Shown here: positions 50,310 through 59,484 of the stretch, one piece after another | Layout of the letters: every line of letters starts with the position of its first letter | Numbering within the stretch: position 1 is the stretch's first letter | NCBI GenBank assembly: GCA_963741945.1 | Contig: CAVUKA010000007.1 | Coordinates: 32,001 to 96,000, forward strand | Direction: 5' to 3' | DNA: 64,000 nucleotides | Origin: an uncultured Gemmatimonadales bacterium | GTDB lineage: Bacteria; Gemmatimonadota; Gemmatimonadetes; Longimicrobiales; RSA9 | Made by a program: the position numbers and the translations under genes | The notes under the pieces: generated by a model | Seen by the model: only the letters and a program-made list of their open reading frames with translations | The model's database searches: none | Told to the model about the DNA's origin: nothing

Positions 50310-50644
50310 GGATGTTCCTGCGGCACCCGTCCTTCGCGCGGCTGAGCCGGTTCGCGGATGGCGAGCTGAGCGGGCGGCGGCGGGAGCGCACCGCGCGGCA
50401 CCTGGCGGAGTGCGCCCGGTGCCGGGAGGAGGTGGCCTTCATCCGCCGCGCCGGAGAGGTGGCCCGCTCGATACCGGCCCGGCCGCCGTCGGACGACCTG
50501 CTCGAGGACATCCTGGAGCGGCGCGCCGCCGGCGAGCGGGTGCTCCTTCCGACGTCCAATCCCGACCCTCCCGTGCGGCGGCGGCGCCGTTTCCCACTGG
50601 CGTTCACGCGCTCGCACCGGAAGACGGACGACGGAGAGCAGTAG
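50306..50644 (+). CDS. Zinc-binding anti-sigma factor (zf-HC2)
   Basis: HP..LSRFADGEL..HLAECARC motif; ATGA overlap with the sigma gene. Confidence 0.85.
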   Translation: MRMFLRHPSFARLSRFADGELSGRRRERTARHLAECARCREEVAFIRRAGEVARSIPARPPSDDLLEDILERRAAGERVLLPTSNPDPPVRRRRRFPLAFTRSHRKTDDGEQ

Positions 50645-50692
50645 CTCCGGCCCGGCAGGGCCGGACCGGAGCGTCCACCGGTGCGGCGGCTG

Positions 50693-51118
50693 CTAGAGCA
50701 GCTTCGCCTTGAGCACGATCTCGGGGCCGGCCAGGGCCCGGGAGACCGGACACCCCTTCTTCGCGGCCTCGGCCCTCTCCTGGAACTCGTCGTTCTCGAT
50801 GCCGGGCGCCTCGACCTCGGTCTCGAGCTGGATGCGGTTGATGTAGAAGCCGTCATCGCCCTTCACGAGGCTGACCCTGGCCGTAGTGGCCACGCGCTTC
50901 GCCTCGTACCCGGCCCGGCCGAGCTCGGCCGAGAGCGCCATGGAAAAGCACCCCGCGTGGGCGGCTGCGATGAGCTCTTCCGGGTTCGTCCCCTCCCCTT
51001 CCTCGAAGCGGGACTGGGCCGAGTACATGCCATCGAACGCTCCGCCGCCGAAGCGCATGTGACCGCTGCCCTCTGCCAGGTTCCCGTCCCACTCCGCCGT
51101 TGCCGTACGAATGGCCAT
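50693..51118 (-). CDS. osmC: OsmC peroxiredoxin
   Basis: [27 protein letters not shown] and [11 protein letters not shown] motifs. Confidence 0.95.
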   Translation of the reverse strand: MAIRTATAEWDGNLAEGSGHMRFGGGAFDGMYSAQSRFEEGEGTNPEELIAAAHAGCFSMALSAELGRAGYEAKRVATTARVSLVKGDDGFYINRIQLETEVEAPGIENDEFQERAEAAKKGCPVSRALAGPEIVLKAKLL

Positions 51119-51186
51119 GTCATCTCCTCTGTTGGAAGTCGGTTCCGGCGAGGAGGCGGCCACGCCCCGCGTCGCCCGGAAAACAA

Positions 51187-51960
51187 TCAGAAGTTCCTGT
51201 CACCCTGGATCAGCCCGCCCAGCAGGTTGCCGCCGAGTCCACCAACGCCCTTTTTCTCATCACGCTGCGTGAAGCGTGCCGCCTGCATCACGCGGTCCGC
51301 CAGCCGGGAAAACGGAAGGCTCTGCAGGAAAACGGGCCCTGGCCCCCGCAACCGGGCGAGAAAGAGGCCTTCGCCGCCGAAGAGCGCGTTGCGTACCCCG
51401 CCGATGAACTGGATGTCGTAGTCGACCGACTCCGACAGCGCCACCAGGCAGCCGGTGTCCACGCGCAGCTCCTCGCCCGGCCCGAGATCGCGCCGGATCA
51501 CGGTTCCGCCCGCGTGAACGAACGCCATGCCATCCCCCGTGAGGCGCTGAAGGATGAAGCCTTCCCCGCCGAAGAGCCCCGCGCCCAGGCGCTTGGTGAA
51601 CGCCACTTCGATCTCGATCCCCGCCGCGGCGCACAGGAAGCCATCGCGCTGGACCAGCATCTGTCCCCCGAACTCCTTCAGGTCCAGCGGGATGATCTTC
51701 CCCGGATACGGCGCAGCGAAGGCAGCGACGCCCTTGCCGCTGCCCGTGTGGAGGAAGGCCGTGATGAAGAAGCTCTCACCGGCGAACACGCGCTTGAGTC
51801 CCTTGAACATGCCGCCGCCCGTGGACGTCTGGATCTCGATTCCGTCCGTCACGTACAGCATTGCGCCCGCCTCCGCACGCACGGCCTCGCCCCTGTCGAG
51901 CGCCACTTCCACCAGCTGCATGTCGTCGCCAATGATCCGGTAGTCGATCACATCCGCCAT
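51187..51960 (-). CDS. AIM24/TIGR00266-family protein
   Basis: IIGDDMQLVE, GESFFIT, FAAPYPG, GLFGGEGFILQ and LQSLPFSRLA motifs. Confidence 0.93.
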   Translation of the reverse strand: MADVIDYRIIGDDMQLVEVALDRGEAVRAEAGAMLYVTDGIEIQTSTGGGMFKGLKRVFAGESFFITAFLHTGSGKGVAAFAAPYPGKIIPLDLKEFGGQMLVQRDGFLCAAAGIEIEVAFTKRLGAGLFGGEGFILQRLTGDGMAFVHAGGTVIRRDLGPGEELRVDTGCLVALSESVDYDIQFIGGVRNALFGGEGLFLARLRGPGPVFLQSLPFSRLADRVMQAARFTQRDEKKGVGGLGGNLLGGLIQGDRNF

Positions 51961-52033
51961 TGTCTCCAGCCTCTCGTCAGGGTCACGGGTCGGGGTGCTC
52001 GCGGCGAGGAGAAAGTGACTGCCTCGGCAGCAG

Positions 52034-52747
52034 TCAGCAACACCAGTCGGTGCGCGCTCGCTCCAGGTCGTCCGGGGTGCCGATGTCGCACCACCGCGCA
52101 CCGGCGGCGTCATAGGGTGCGACGCGCTCGCCGGCGGCCACCAGGCGCATCAGCGGCGTGAAGATGGAAAATTTCCCGGTCTCCTCCATCAGCGAGGTGA
52201 GCCGGGGAGAGACCACGGCGATACCCAGGTAATCCAGGCGATGCTCGGCCCCCTGCGACGGCCGGGCTCGCCGCTCGCCGCCGTCGTACGCGAACCCGAC
52301 CAGCCCCTCGTCGTCGAACAGGAGGTAGCGTTCGCTCGTGGCCGGACGGACCGCCAGGGTCATGAGGCTGCCCGGGTCGTGCGCCCCATACAGCGCTCGA
52401 AGATCGAGCTCGGTGAGGATGTCGGCGTTGTGGAGGAGGATCGGCCGGTCGCCGCGGAAGAGCGGAGCCGCCGCCAGCAGGCCGCCTCCCGTCTCGAGCG
52501 GACCGTCGGGCTCCTCCGACACGCGCACGTCCACGCCCCAGCCGCCCCGCTCGTCGATGTATGCCCGGATCCGCTCCGCGTGCGGGGACACGTTGACGAC
52601 GATGCGATCGGCACCGGCATCCACCACGCGGCGAGCCACCTTCTCCAGCACGGGCTCGCCGCCGACCTCGACCAGCGCCTTCGGCACTTCGTAGGTGAGG
52701 GGACGCAGCCGCGTCCCGAGGCCCGCCGCCAGAATCATTGCGTCCAT
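52034..52747 (-). CDS. Sugar-phosphate nucleotidyltransferase (MurU-like)
   Basis: AMILAAGLGTRLRPLT..PKALV, LETGGGL, HNADI and DIGT motifs. Confidence 0.88.
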   Translation of the reverse strand: MDAMILAAGLGTRLRPLTYEVPKALVEVGGEPVLEKVARRVVDAGADRIVVNVSPHAERIRAYIDERGGWGVDVRVSEEPDGPLETGGGLLAAAPLFRGDRPILLHNADILTELDLRALYGAHDPGSLMTLAVRPATSERYLLFDDEGLVGFAYDGGERRARPSQGAEHRLDYLGIAVVSPRLTSLMEETGKFSIFTPLMRLVAAGERVAPYDAAGARWCDIGTPDDLERARTDWCC

Positions 52748-52845
52748 CCGCGCCTCCCCGCCCTGCGTGCTGGCACGCATGCTGAAACAGCTACCGGGTC
52801 GTCGCGCGGAACACACGCTCACACGCAGGACCCGGGAGCAGAACT

Positions 52846-54492
52846 GTGATCGGAATCGCACACGGATACGGCCTCGGTGGCTCCGGGAGCAACCTCTGGA
52901 CCCGTGAGGTCGTGGCCGCGCTCTGCGAGGCCGGCGAGACCGTGCACCTCATGTGCCAGGAGCGCTCCCCCGAGGCGTATCCGTTCGTCGCAGAAGTCTG
53001 GAGCTACGACGACGCCGGACCCGGCACGCGCACGCTCGATCGCGCCGTCCCGGGCCCGGGCCGCTGCATCGTGCACCGGCCGGAACTGCCAGTCCTGCCC
53101 ACGTACGTTCGCCCCGACCGCCCGTCCGAGCGCGTCCGCTCCATCCTCGACCTGGACGATGACGCCCTGGACGACTACGTCCGCCGGAATGCCCGCGCGC
53201 TCCGCACCGTGATCACCGCGCACGGCGTCCGGGCCTGGCACGTGAACCACGTCATTCTCCTCTCCGAGGCGTTCCGGCAGGTGAGGGACTCCCACGGAAT
53301 CGCCTACGCCGTGATGCCCCACGGGAGCGCGCTCGAGTACGTGGTCCGCCACGATCCGCGCATGAAGGACACGGCGCGGCGCGCCCTGGACGCCGCGGAC
53401 CTCGTTTTCGCCCTCGGCCCCGAGATCCGCGACCGGCTCCGCCGCTTCTTCCCCGACCTCGACCTCGAGCCGCGTACCACCACGCTCACGGTAGGCGTCG
53501 ACACGGCGGCGTTTCACCCGGTGGCTCGCGCGCAACGGCGTCAGAGCGTGGAAGCGCTCGCGGAGGCGCTGCACGGCGCCCGCCGCGGGCACACGCCGGA
53601 GCACTCCGCCCCGGTTCGTCGCGCCGCGGCGGCGCGGACCCCGGGCGAGCACACCGATGACGGCGACGACCGGGCCGACCCCCTCCGCCTGGCCCTGGAA
53701 ACGCCCGTCTCCTACGACACACCCCACCCGGATGCCGGGCTGGAGGAGCGTCTCCGGGAGGTCGACTGGGAGCGCGAAGACGTGGTGGCCTTCGTCGGCC
53801 GCCTCATTCCGGCCAAAGGCGCCCAGGCGCTCGTCGCGGCGCTCCCCCTGATCCTCGAGCAGCGCCCCCAGACGCGCCTTCTCCTGATCGGCGCCGGCTG
53901 GCTCCGCGAGTACCTGGAGGCGTTCGTCCTCACCCTCGCCGCCGGCCAGGGCGAACGGGCGCGCCGGGTCCTCCATTGGGCGGAAGCACGGGCACAGGAA
54001 GGCGCCCGCCCCTCCGGGACCGCCTTCCTCCAGCACCTGGTCGAGACGGGTCGCTACAGGCAGTACGTGGGCGCGGCGCACCGGTACCTCGACTCCGAGC
54101 GCGTCCTTTTCACCGGCTACCTCCAGCACCCGCTCCTGGCCCGCGTGCTCCCCCTGGCCGACATCGCCGTTTTTCCGTCCAGCGTCGCCGAGGCTTCCCC
54201 GCTCGTCGTACCCGAGGCCGCCGCGTGCGGCTGCTTCCCCATGGGAACCGACTTCGCGGGCATGCGGCATTCCCTCGACAGTCTCGCGCCATACATCCCC
54301 CCCGCGCTCCGGCCCCTGCTCCGCCTCGATCCCGACCCCGCCCGCACGGCCGACGACATCGCCCACCACGTCCCCGCAGTCCTCCACTACCAGGGCGATT
54401 CCACCTCAGCCCTCCGGGAAGCTGCCGTGGCCGAGTACGACTGGCATCGAATCGCGAGAACGCTCGCCCAGGCGCTGCACCGGCTGAACTAG
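52846..54492 (+). CDS. Glycosyltransferase family 4 (GT-B)
   Basis: LGGSGSN, PHGS, FVGRLIPAKG and VFPS..EASPLVVPEAAACG motifs. Confidence 0.88.
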   Translation: MIGIAHGYGLGGSGSNLWTREVVAALCEAGETVHLMCQERSPEAYPFVAEVWSYDDAGPGTRTLDRAVPGPGRCIVHRPELPVLPTYVRPDRPSERVRSILDLDDDALDDYVRRNARALRTVITAHGVRAWHVNHVILLSEAFRQVRDSHGIAYAVMPHGSALEYVVRHDPRMKDTARRALDAADLVFALGPEIRDRLRRFFPDLDLEPRTTTLTVGVDTAAFHPVARAQRRQSVEALAEALHGARRGHTPEHSAPVRRAAAARTPGEHTDDGDDRADPLRLALETPVSYDTPHPDAGLEERLREVDWEREDVVAFVGRLIPAKGAQALVAALPLILEQRPQTRLLLIGAGWLREYLEAFVLTLAAGQGERARRVLHWAEARAQEGARPSGTAFLQHLVETGRYRQYVGAAHRYLDSERVLFTGYLQHPLLARVLPLADIAVFPSSVAEASPLVVPEAAACGCFPMGTDFAGMRHSLDSLAPYIPPALRPLLRLDPDPARTADDIAHHVPAVLHYQGDSTSALREAAVAEYDWHRIARTLAQALHRLN

Positions 54493-54642
54493 CCGGCGTC
54501 GACGCCTTCCGGCCGCAGTCACAACCCATCGGCCGCCGCCGAAACGCCCCTTCCCGAGTCACGACCCCGCGCCCATACGCGCTTGTGGGGCGGCCTCCGA
54601 CAGTTCCGCGGGCAGTGGAATCGGGGAAACTCCTTCTTGCTT

Positions 54643-54660
54643 TTGTGAAACTTTTCACAG
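54643..54660. promoter_or_regulatory. Rex-type operator (also fits the CRP/FNR-family TGTGA-N6-TCACA)
   Basis: TTGTGAA-ACTT-TTCACAG, about 100 bp upstream of the hydrogenase/TCS operon; one mismatch to TTGTGAA-N4-TTCACAA. Confidence 0.75.
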
Positions 54661-54758
54661 ATTGTTGTGGGGAGGGAGAAACCGGCAGGGGCGGCCGGGC
54701 TCCCGGAGCGCCGGGCGGACACGGCAATGGACGTCCCACATGGGCCCTGGAGAGGCAG

Positions 54759-55178
54759 ATGCCAACGGAGAAGACGGTACTGGTGATCGACGACGACCGG
54801 GACTTCGCGGCATCGGTGAAATCGCTGCTGGAGAGCGAAGGGTACGGAGTGGAGCTCGCGGAGTCGGGGAAGGCGGGACTGCGGAAGCTGCGGGAGTCGC
54901 GACCGGACCTGATCGTCCTGGACGTGATGATGGAGAGCATCGTGGAAGGGTACGTGGTGAACCAGGCGATCAAGTTCCAGCCGGAGTTCGAAGCGTACGC
55001 GGACATCCCGATCGTGATGGTGAGCAGCATCGAGGAGAGCCCGGACGAGCGTTTTGGTCGAGCGGGTGAGGTGGAGATGGTGCGGCCGAGCCGGTACCTG
55101 ACGAAGCCGCTGGACATCCCGCGCTTCCTCGAGGTGGTGGGGCAGCTGACGGCGGGGAGAACGGCGGCGGGCTCCTAG
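54759..55178 (+). CDS. Single-domain response regulator
   Basis: VLVIDDD, PDLIVLDVMM, VSS and YLTKP motifs. Confidence 0.92.
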   Translation: MPTEKTVLVIDDDRDFAASVKSLLESEGYGVELAESGKAGLRKLRESRPDLIVLDVMMESIVEGYVVNQAIKFQPEFEAYADIPIVMVSSIEESPDERFGRAGEVEMVRPSRYLTKPLDIPRFLEVVGQLTAGRTAAGS

Positions 55179-55228
55179 TCGGGCGCGGGCCGAGGCGGGG
55201 GAATGCCCAACGATGTCCGGAGCGGGGA

Positions 55229-56419
55229 ATGACCGAAGAGCGTGAAGGAGCCGAGCGGATCGTCGTGATCGACGACGATCACGCCATGCGGTTGTCGTGC
55301 CGCCAGATCCTCGCGAAGTCGGGCTTCGACGTGGAGGTCTACGAGGACGGGGCCCGGGGGCTGGTGGGAGTGGCGGGCCACAAGCCGGCGCTGGTGGTGG
55401 TGGATCTCAAGATGCCCGGCCTCTCCGGGATGGACGTGATCCGACGCGTTCACGAGATCGACCCCGAGATCGTGGTGGTGGTGATCACGGGGTACGCCAC
55501 CATCGGCACGGCGGTGGAAGCGATGAAGTGCGGGGCGTACGACTTCCTTCCGAAGCCGTTCAAGCCGGACGAGCTGCGAATGATCGTGGGGCGCGGCCTC
55601 GAGCGTCGCCGTCTTCAGCAGCGGTCGCACGAGCTGGAAATGGAGCGGGAGCTCCTGAAGCGGCGCTTCATGAGCTTCATGACGCATCAGCTGAAGTCCC
55701 CGCTGGCGGCGATCCACCAGTACCTGGAAGTGCTCAAGAGGCTCGGGGACACGGCCGACATGGAGGAGAAGCGGGCGGAGTGGATCGACCGGTGCCTGAG
55801 CCGGACCACGGACCTGCGGCGGCTGATCGACGACTGGCTGACGCTGGCGAAGGCGGAGGGTGGCGGGCTGGTGGGGCGCCGTGAGCGTGTGGACGTGAAG
55901 AAGGTGGTGAGTGGGCTCCTGGCGGCGTACGAGGAGGTGGCGAAGGCGGCCGAAGTGACGCTGTCGTCGGAGATGCCCGATGGCGAGTACCCGGTTCTGG
56001 GGGATCGGAACTGTGTGGTGGTGCTGCTGGAGAACCTGATCACGAACGCCATCGACTACAACCGCGCGGGCGGGAGCGTGACCGTGGTGGCGACGGAGGA
56101 GCCGGGCGAGGTGGTGGTGGAGGTTCGGGACACGGGCGTAGGGATCCCGCGAGAGGCGCAGGGGCTGCTTTTCGAGGAGTTCTTCCGCGTGCCGAGCCGG
56201 GATGACGGGGCCGGAGACGGGGAGGGTGCGGGTGCGGGGCGGAGCCGGAAGAAGCAGGGCACGGGTCTGGGGCTGCCGATCTGCAAGCGCATCGTGAACG
56301 AGCTCGGTGGGGGCATCGAAGTGGAGAGCGAGGTGGAGGTGGGGACGACGTTCCGGGTGCGGCTGCCGGCGCACCGCGCGGCACCGGAGCCCGGCGAACT
56401 GGAGGTGAGGACGGGATGA
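55229..56419 (+). CDS. Hybrid receiver-histidine kinase (REC-HisKA-HATPase), cytoplasmic
   Basis: VVDLKMP..PKP receiver, THQLKSPL, NLITNAI, DTGVGI and GTGLGL. Confidence 0.92.
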   Translation: MTEEREGAERIVVIDDDHAMRLSCRQILAKSGFDVEVYEDGARGLVGVAGHKPALVVVDLKMPGLSGMDVIRRVHEIDPEIVVVVITGYATIGTAVEAMKCGAYDFLPKPFKPDELRMIVGRGLERRRLQQRSHELEMERELLKRRFMSFMTHQLKSPLAAIHQYLEVLKRLGDTADMEEKRAEWIDRCLSRTTDLRRLIDDWLTLAKAEGGGLVGRRERVDVKKVVSGLLAAYEEVAKAAEVTLSSEMPDGEYPVLGDRNCVVVLLENLITNAIDYNRAGGSVTVVATEEPGEVVVEVRDTGVGIPREAQGLLFEEFFRVPSRDDGAGDGEGAGAGRSRKKQGTGLGLPICKRIVNELGGGIEVESEVEVGTTFRVRLPAHRAAPEPGELEVRTG

Positions 56420-56838
56420 CGAAATCCGAACGGACCATCCTGGTGGTGGATGATGACCGGGACTACTCGGAGGCGGTCGCGACGTTCCTTCGCGCGAACG
56501 GCTACCGGGTGGTGCAGGCCTTCGATGGGCGAGAGGGGCTGAAGCTCGCCCGGATGGAGCGGCCGGACCTGATCGTCATGGATGTGATCATGAACGAGCG
56601 GACGGAGGGGTTCTTCACAGTCCAGGAGATGCGCCGCGAGGCGTCGCTGGACGGTGTGCCGATCTTCGTGGCCAGCTCACTGTACGCGCAGGTGCCCGAT
56701 TTCCGGGTCGAGCCGGACCGGGGCTGGCTGGCGCACGACGAATTTTTCGCGAAGCCGGTGGACCTGGACGAGTTCCTGGCCCGAATCGAGGCTCGCCTCG
56801 GCGACACGGTGCCGGAGATCGGAGGTAGAGAATCGTGA
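56416..56838 (+). CDS. Single-domain response regulator
   Basis: ILVVDDD, PDLIVMDV and FAKP motifs. Confidence 0.9.
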   Translation: MTKSERTILVVDDDRDYSEAVATFLRANGYRVVQAFDGREGLKLARMERPDLIVMDVIMNERTEGFFTVQEMRREASLDGVPIFVASSLYAQVPDFRVEPDRGWLAHDEFFAKPVDLDEFLARIEARLGDTVPEIGGRES

Positions 56839-57863
56839 AGACACTGCGATTGCCGAAGGATCGGCTCGACTTCTTCGCATCGGTAATGCAGCAGTTCGGT
56901 GAGATCCACGCGCCGGTGGAGCAGGACGGCGGCTACGCGTTCCAGCGGCTCCGCCGTTGGTCGGACGCGCGGCTGGACTACGACCGGACGGTGCTTCCGC
57001 CGAAGAAGTATTTCCTGCCGCCCCGCGAGACGCTGTTCACGTACGATGCGGTGAAGGGCTACCAGGCGACGTCGGAGGACCTGGACCGGCGGATCATCCT
57101 GTTCGGCGTGCACGCGTGCGACATCTACGGGATCAACATCCTGGACGAGGTGTTCGGGGGGAAGTATCCGGACCCGTACTACCAGGCGCGGCGCCGGAAC
57201 GTGGCGGTGATCGGGATCGACTGCACGCCGGATGAGCACTGCTTCTGCCGGTCCATGCGCGCGGACTTCGTGGACCACGGCTTCGACCTCTTCTTCTACG
57301 ACATCGGGGACCACTACCTCACGCTCGTCGGGACCGCGCTGGGGGACGACATGGTGCTGGCCACGGGCTCCCTGTTCGAGCCGGTGACGCCCGAGGACGT
57401 GGCGGAGTACAAGCAACGCTCATCGCAGAAAGCGGACGCGTTCCAGCTGGATGTCGACATCCGGGACCTGCCGGAGATCTTCGAGATGGAGTACGGCGCC
57501 GAGATCTGGGAAGAGCTCGGCGAGAAGTGTCTGGCGTGCGGCAGCTGCAGCATGGTCTGCCCCACGTGCTACTGCTACGACGTGAAGGACACCGTGGGCG
57601 TGACCACCAGCAGCGGGTCACGGCTCCGGTGCTGGGACTCGTGCCTGTTCTCCTCCCACGCCGAGGTGGCAGGCGGGGAGAACTTCCGGGAGCACCGGGC
57701 GGACCGCATCAAGTTCCGCTTCTACCACAAGCAGCGGGGATTCGTGGCGGAGTACGGGCGGCCGAGCTGCGTGGGGTGCGGCCGCTGCATCGTGGCCTGC
57801 CCCGTGGGAATCCACATCGCCCACGTTCTGAACGAGCTGAGGGGGGTGCACCATGAGGGCTGA
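56835..57863 (+). CDS. hydB: Group 3b [NiFe]-hydrogenase beta subunit (4Fe-4S, AsrA-like)
   Basis: GVHACD, CFC, CLACGSCSMVCPTCYC and CVGCGRCIVACP motifs. Confidence 0.9.
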   Translation: MKTLRLPKDRLDFFASVMQQFGEIHAPVEQDGGYAFQRLRRWSDARLDYDRTVLPPKKYFLPPRETLFTYDAVKGYQATSEDLDRRIILFGVHACDIYGINILDEVFGGKYPDPYYQARRRNVAVIGIDCTPDEHCFCRSMRADFVDHGFDLFFYDIGDHYLTLVGTALGDDMVLATGSLFEPVTPEDVAEYKQRSSQKADAFQLDVDIRDLPEIFEMEYGAEIWEELGEKCLACGSCSMVCPTCYCYDVKDTVGVTTSSGSRLRCWDSCLFSSHAEVAGGENFREHRADRIKFRFYHKQRGFVAEYGRPSCVGCGRCIVACPVGIHIAHVLNELRGVHHEG

Positions 57864-58731
57864 GACGCTGACCTCCGGGTGGCGGCCCGCCCCGGTATGG
57901 GAGGCGAACCCGTACCAGCCGGAGAACGCCCGCATTGTCCGCATCTTCAAGATGGTCCCGGACCATTACGTGTTCACGCTTCGCTTCGAGGACGCCACGG
58001 TGGCGGACGGGTTCCAGCACCGGCCGGGCCAGTTCGTGATGCTGAGCGTGCCCGGTGTCGGCGAGGCGCCGATCTCCATCTCCTCGCCGCCCACTCGCCG
58101 CGGCTACCTGGAGCTCTGCGTGCGGCGGACGGGCCGCGTCACGAACGCGCTCTACCGCCTGCGCATGAACGACGTGGTGGGGGTGCGGGGGCCGTACGGC
58201 AACGGCTACCCGGTCGAGCAGATGGCGGGCGGCGACCTGCTGCTGGCCGCGGGCGGGCTCGGGATGGCACCGCTTCGATCACTGCTGTGGTACGCGCTGG
58301 ACGAGCGGGACAAGTTCGGCCGCGTGATCCTGATGTACGGCGGCCGCGAGCCGGCGCTCATGCTGTTCCGTGAGGAAGTGGTTTCGCTCCTGGACCGGGA
58401 AGACCTGGAATGCCTGCTCACGGTGGACCGGGATCCAACGGGGAGCTGGCCGGGGCACATCGGAGTGCTGTCGAGCCTGTTCGACCACGTGTCGCTGGAG
58501 CCGGCGGTCACGCACGCGTGCGTGTGCGGGCCGCCCGTGGTCTACAAGTACGTGCTCGAGCGGCTGCTGGGGCTGGGCTTCTCCAAGGACCGGATCCTCA
58601 TGTCGCTGGAGCGGCGGATGAAGTGCGGCGTGGGCAAGTGCGGCCACTGCAGCATCGGCTACAAGACCACGTGCATCCACGGTCCGATCTTCACGTACTG
58701 GGATGCCATGAACCTGCCGGAGATGATCTGA
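57853..58731 (+). CDS. hydG: Group 3b [NiFe]-hydrogenase gamma subunit (FAD/NAD(P), 2Fe-2S)
   Basis: PGQFVMLS..GEAPISISS, RGPYGNG, AGGLGMAPLRS, CGPP and MKCGVGKCGHC motifs. Confidence 0.92.
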   Translation: MRAETLTSGWRPAPVWEANPYQPENARIVRIFKMVPDHYVFTLRFEDATVADGFQHRPGQFVMLSVPGVGEAPISISSPPTRRGYLELCVRRTGRVTNALYRLRMNDVVGVRGPYGNGYPVEQMAGGDLLLAAGGLGMAPLRSLLWYALDERDKFGRVILMYGGREPALMLFREEVVSLLDREDLECLLTVDRDPTGSWPGHIGVLSSLFDHVSLEPAVTHACVCGPPVVYKYVLERLLGLGFSKDRILMSLERRMKCGVGKCGHCSIGYKTTCIHGPIFTYWDAMNLPEMI

Positions 58732-59483
58732 TGGGCAAGCCGACGGTGGGTATCTTCGGGCTCACGGGGTGCGCGGGCGACCAGCTCGCCATCCTCAACT
58801 GCGAGGACGAGCTGCTCCAGATCGTGGAGCTGCTGGACGTGCGGGACTTCCTCATGGCGAGCTCCGGCAACGACACCGAGAGCCACCTCGACATCGCCCT
58901 CGTGGAAGGGGCGGTGCTGAGTGATCGCGACGAGGATACGCTGAAGGCGATCCGGGCGCGGTCCGACCTCCTCGTGGCCCTGGGCACGTGCGCCATGCAC
59001 GGCGGCGTGCCGATCATGGATCGGGACCACGACCGCAACGCCTTGATCCGCCGGATCTACGGCAGCGCGGGGGCGAAATACGACACGCACCCGACCCGGC
59101 CCCTGCATCAGGTGGTGAAGGTGGACCTGGGGATCCCCGGCTGCCCGATCGAGAAAGAGGAGTTCCTGGCGGCCATCGCGCACCTGCTGCACGGCGACCC
59201 GCCGCTGCCGGCGGGCTACCCGGTGTGCACCGAGTGCAAGATCCGGGAGACCAGCTGCCTCCTGGCACAGCCCGGGGCGTTCTGCATGGGCCCCGTGACC
59301 GCGGCCGGCTGCGGCGCGCGGTGCCCCGCCCTGCGCATCGGGTGCGTCGGGTGCCGGGGCCCGGCGATGGATGCCAATCCGGAGTCACTGGCGGCGACGT
59401 ACGTCGAGCGCGGGATGCGGCCGGATGCCGTCGCCAGGAAGATGAGGACCTTCGCGGCGACCACGGTGGGAGAGGGCAACTGA
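58731..59483 (+). CDS. hydD: Group 3b [NiFe]-hydrogenase small (delta) subunit
   Basis: TGCAGDQL, VEGAV, GTCA, PGCP, VCTEC and CMGPVT..GC..CP..C.GCRG motifs. Confidence 0.92.
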   Translation: MGKPTVGIFGLTGCAGDQLAILNCEDELLQIVELLDVRDFLMASSGNDTESHLDIALVEGAVLSDRDEDTLKAIRARSDLLVALGTCAMHGGVPIMDRDHDRNALIRRIYGSAGAKYDTHPTRPLHQVVKVDLGIPGCPIEKEEFLAAIAHLLHGDPPLPAGYPVCTECKIRETSCLLAQPGAFCMGPVTAAGCGARCPALRIGCVGCRGPAMDANPESLAATYVERGMRPDAVARKMRTFAATTVGEGN

Positions 59484-59484
59484 C

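Noticed and set aside
56835-58731. Anaerobic sulfite reductase asrAB
   Set aside because: These genes are followed by [NiFe]-hydrogenase small and large subunits, not by a siroheme AsrC.
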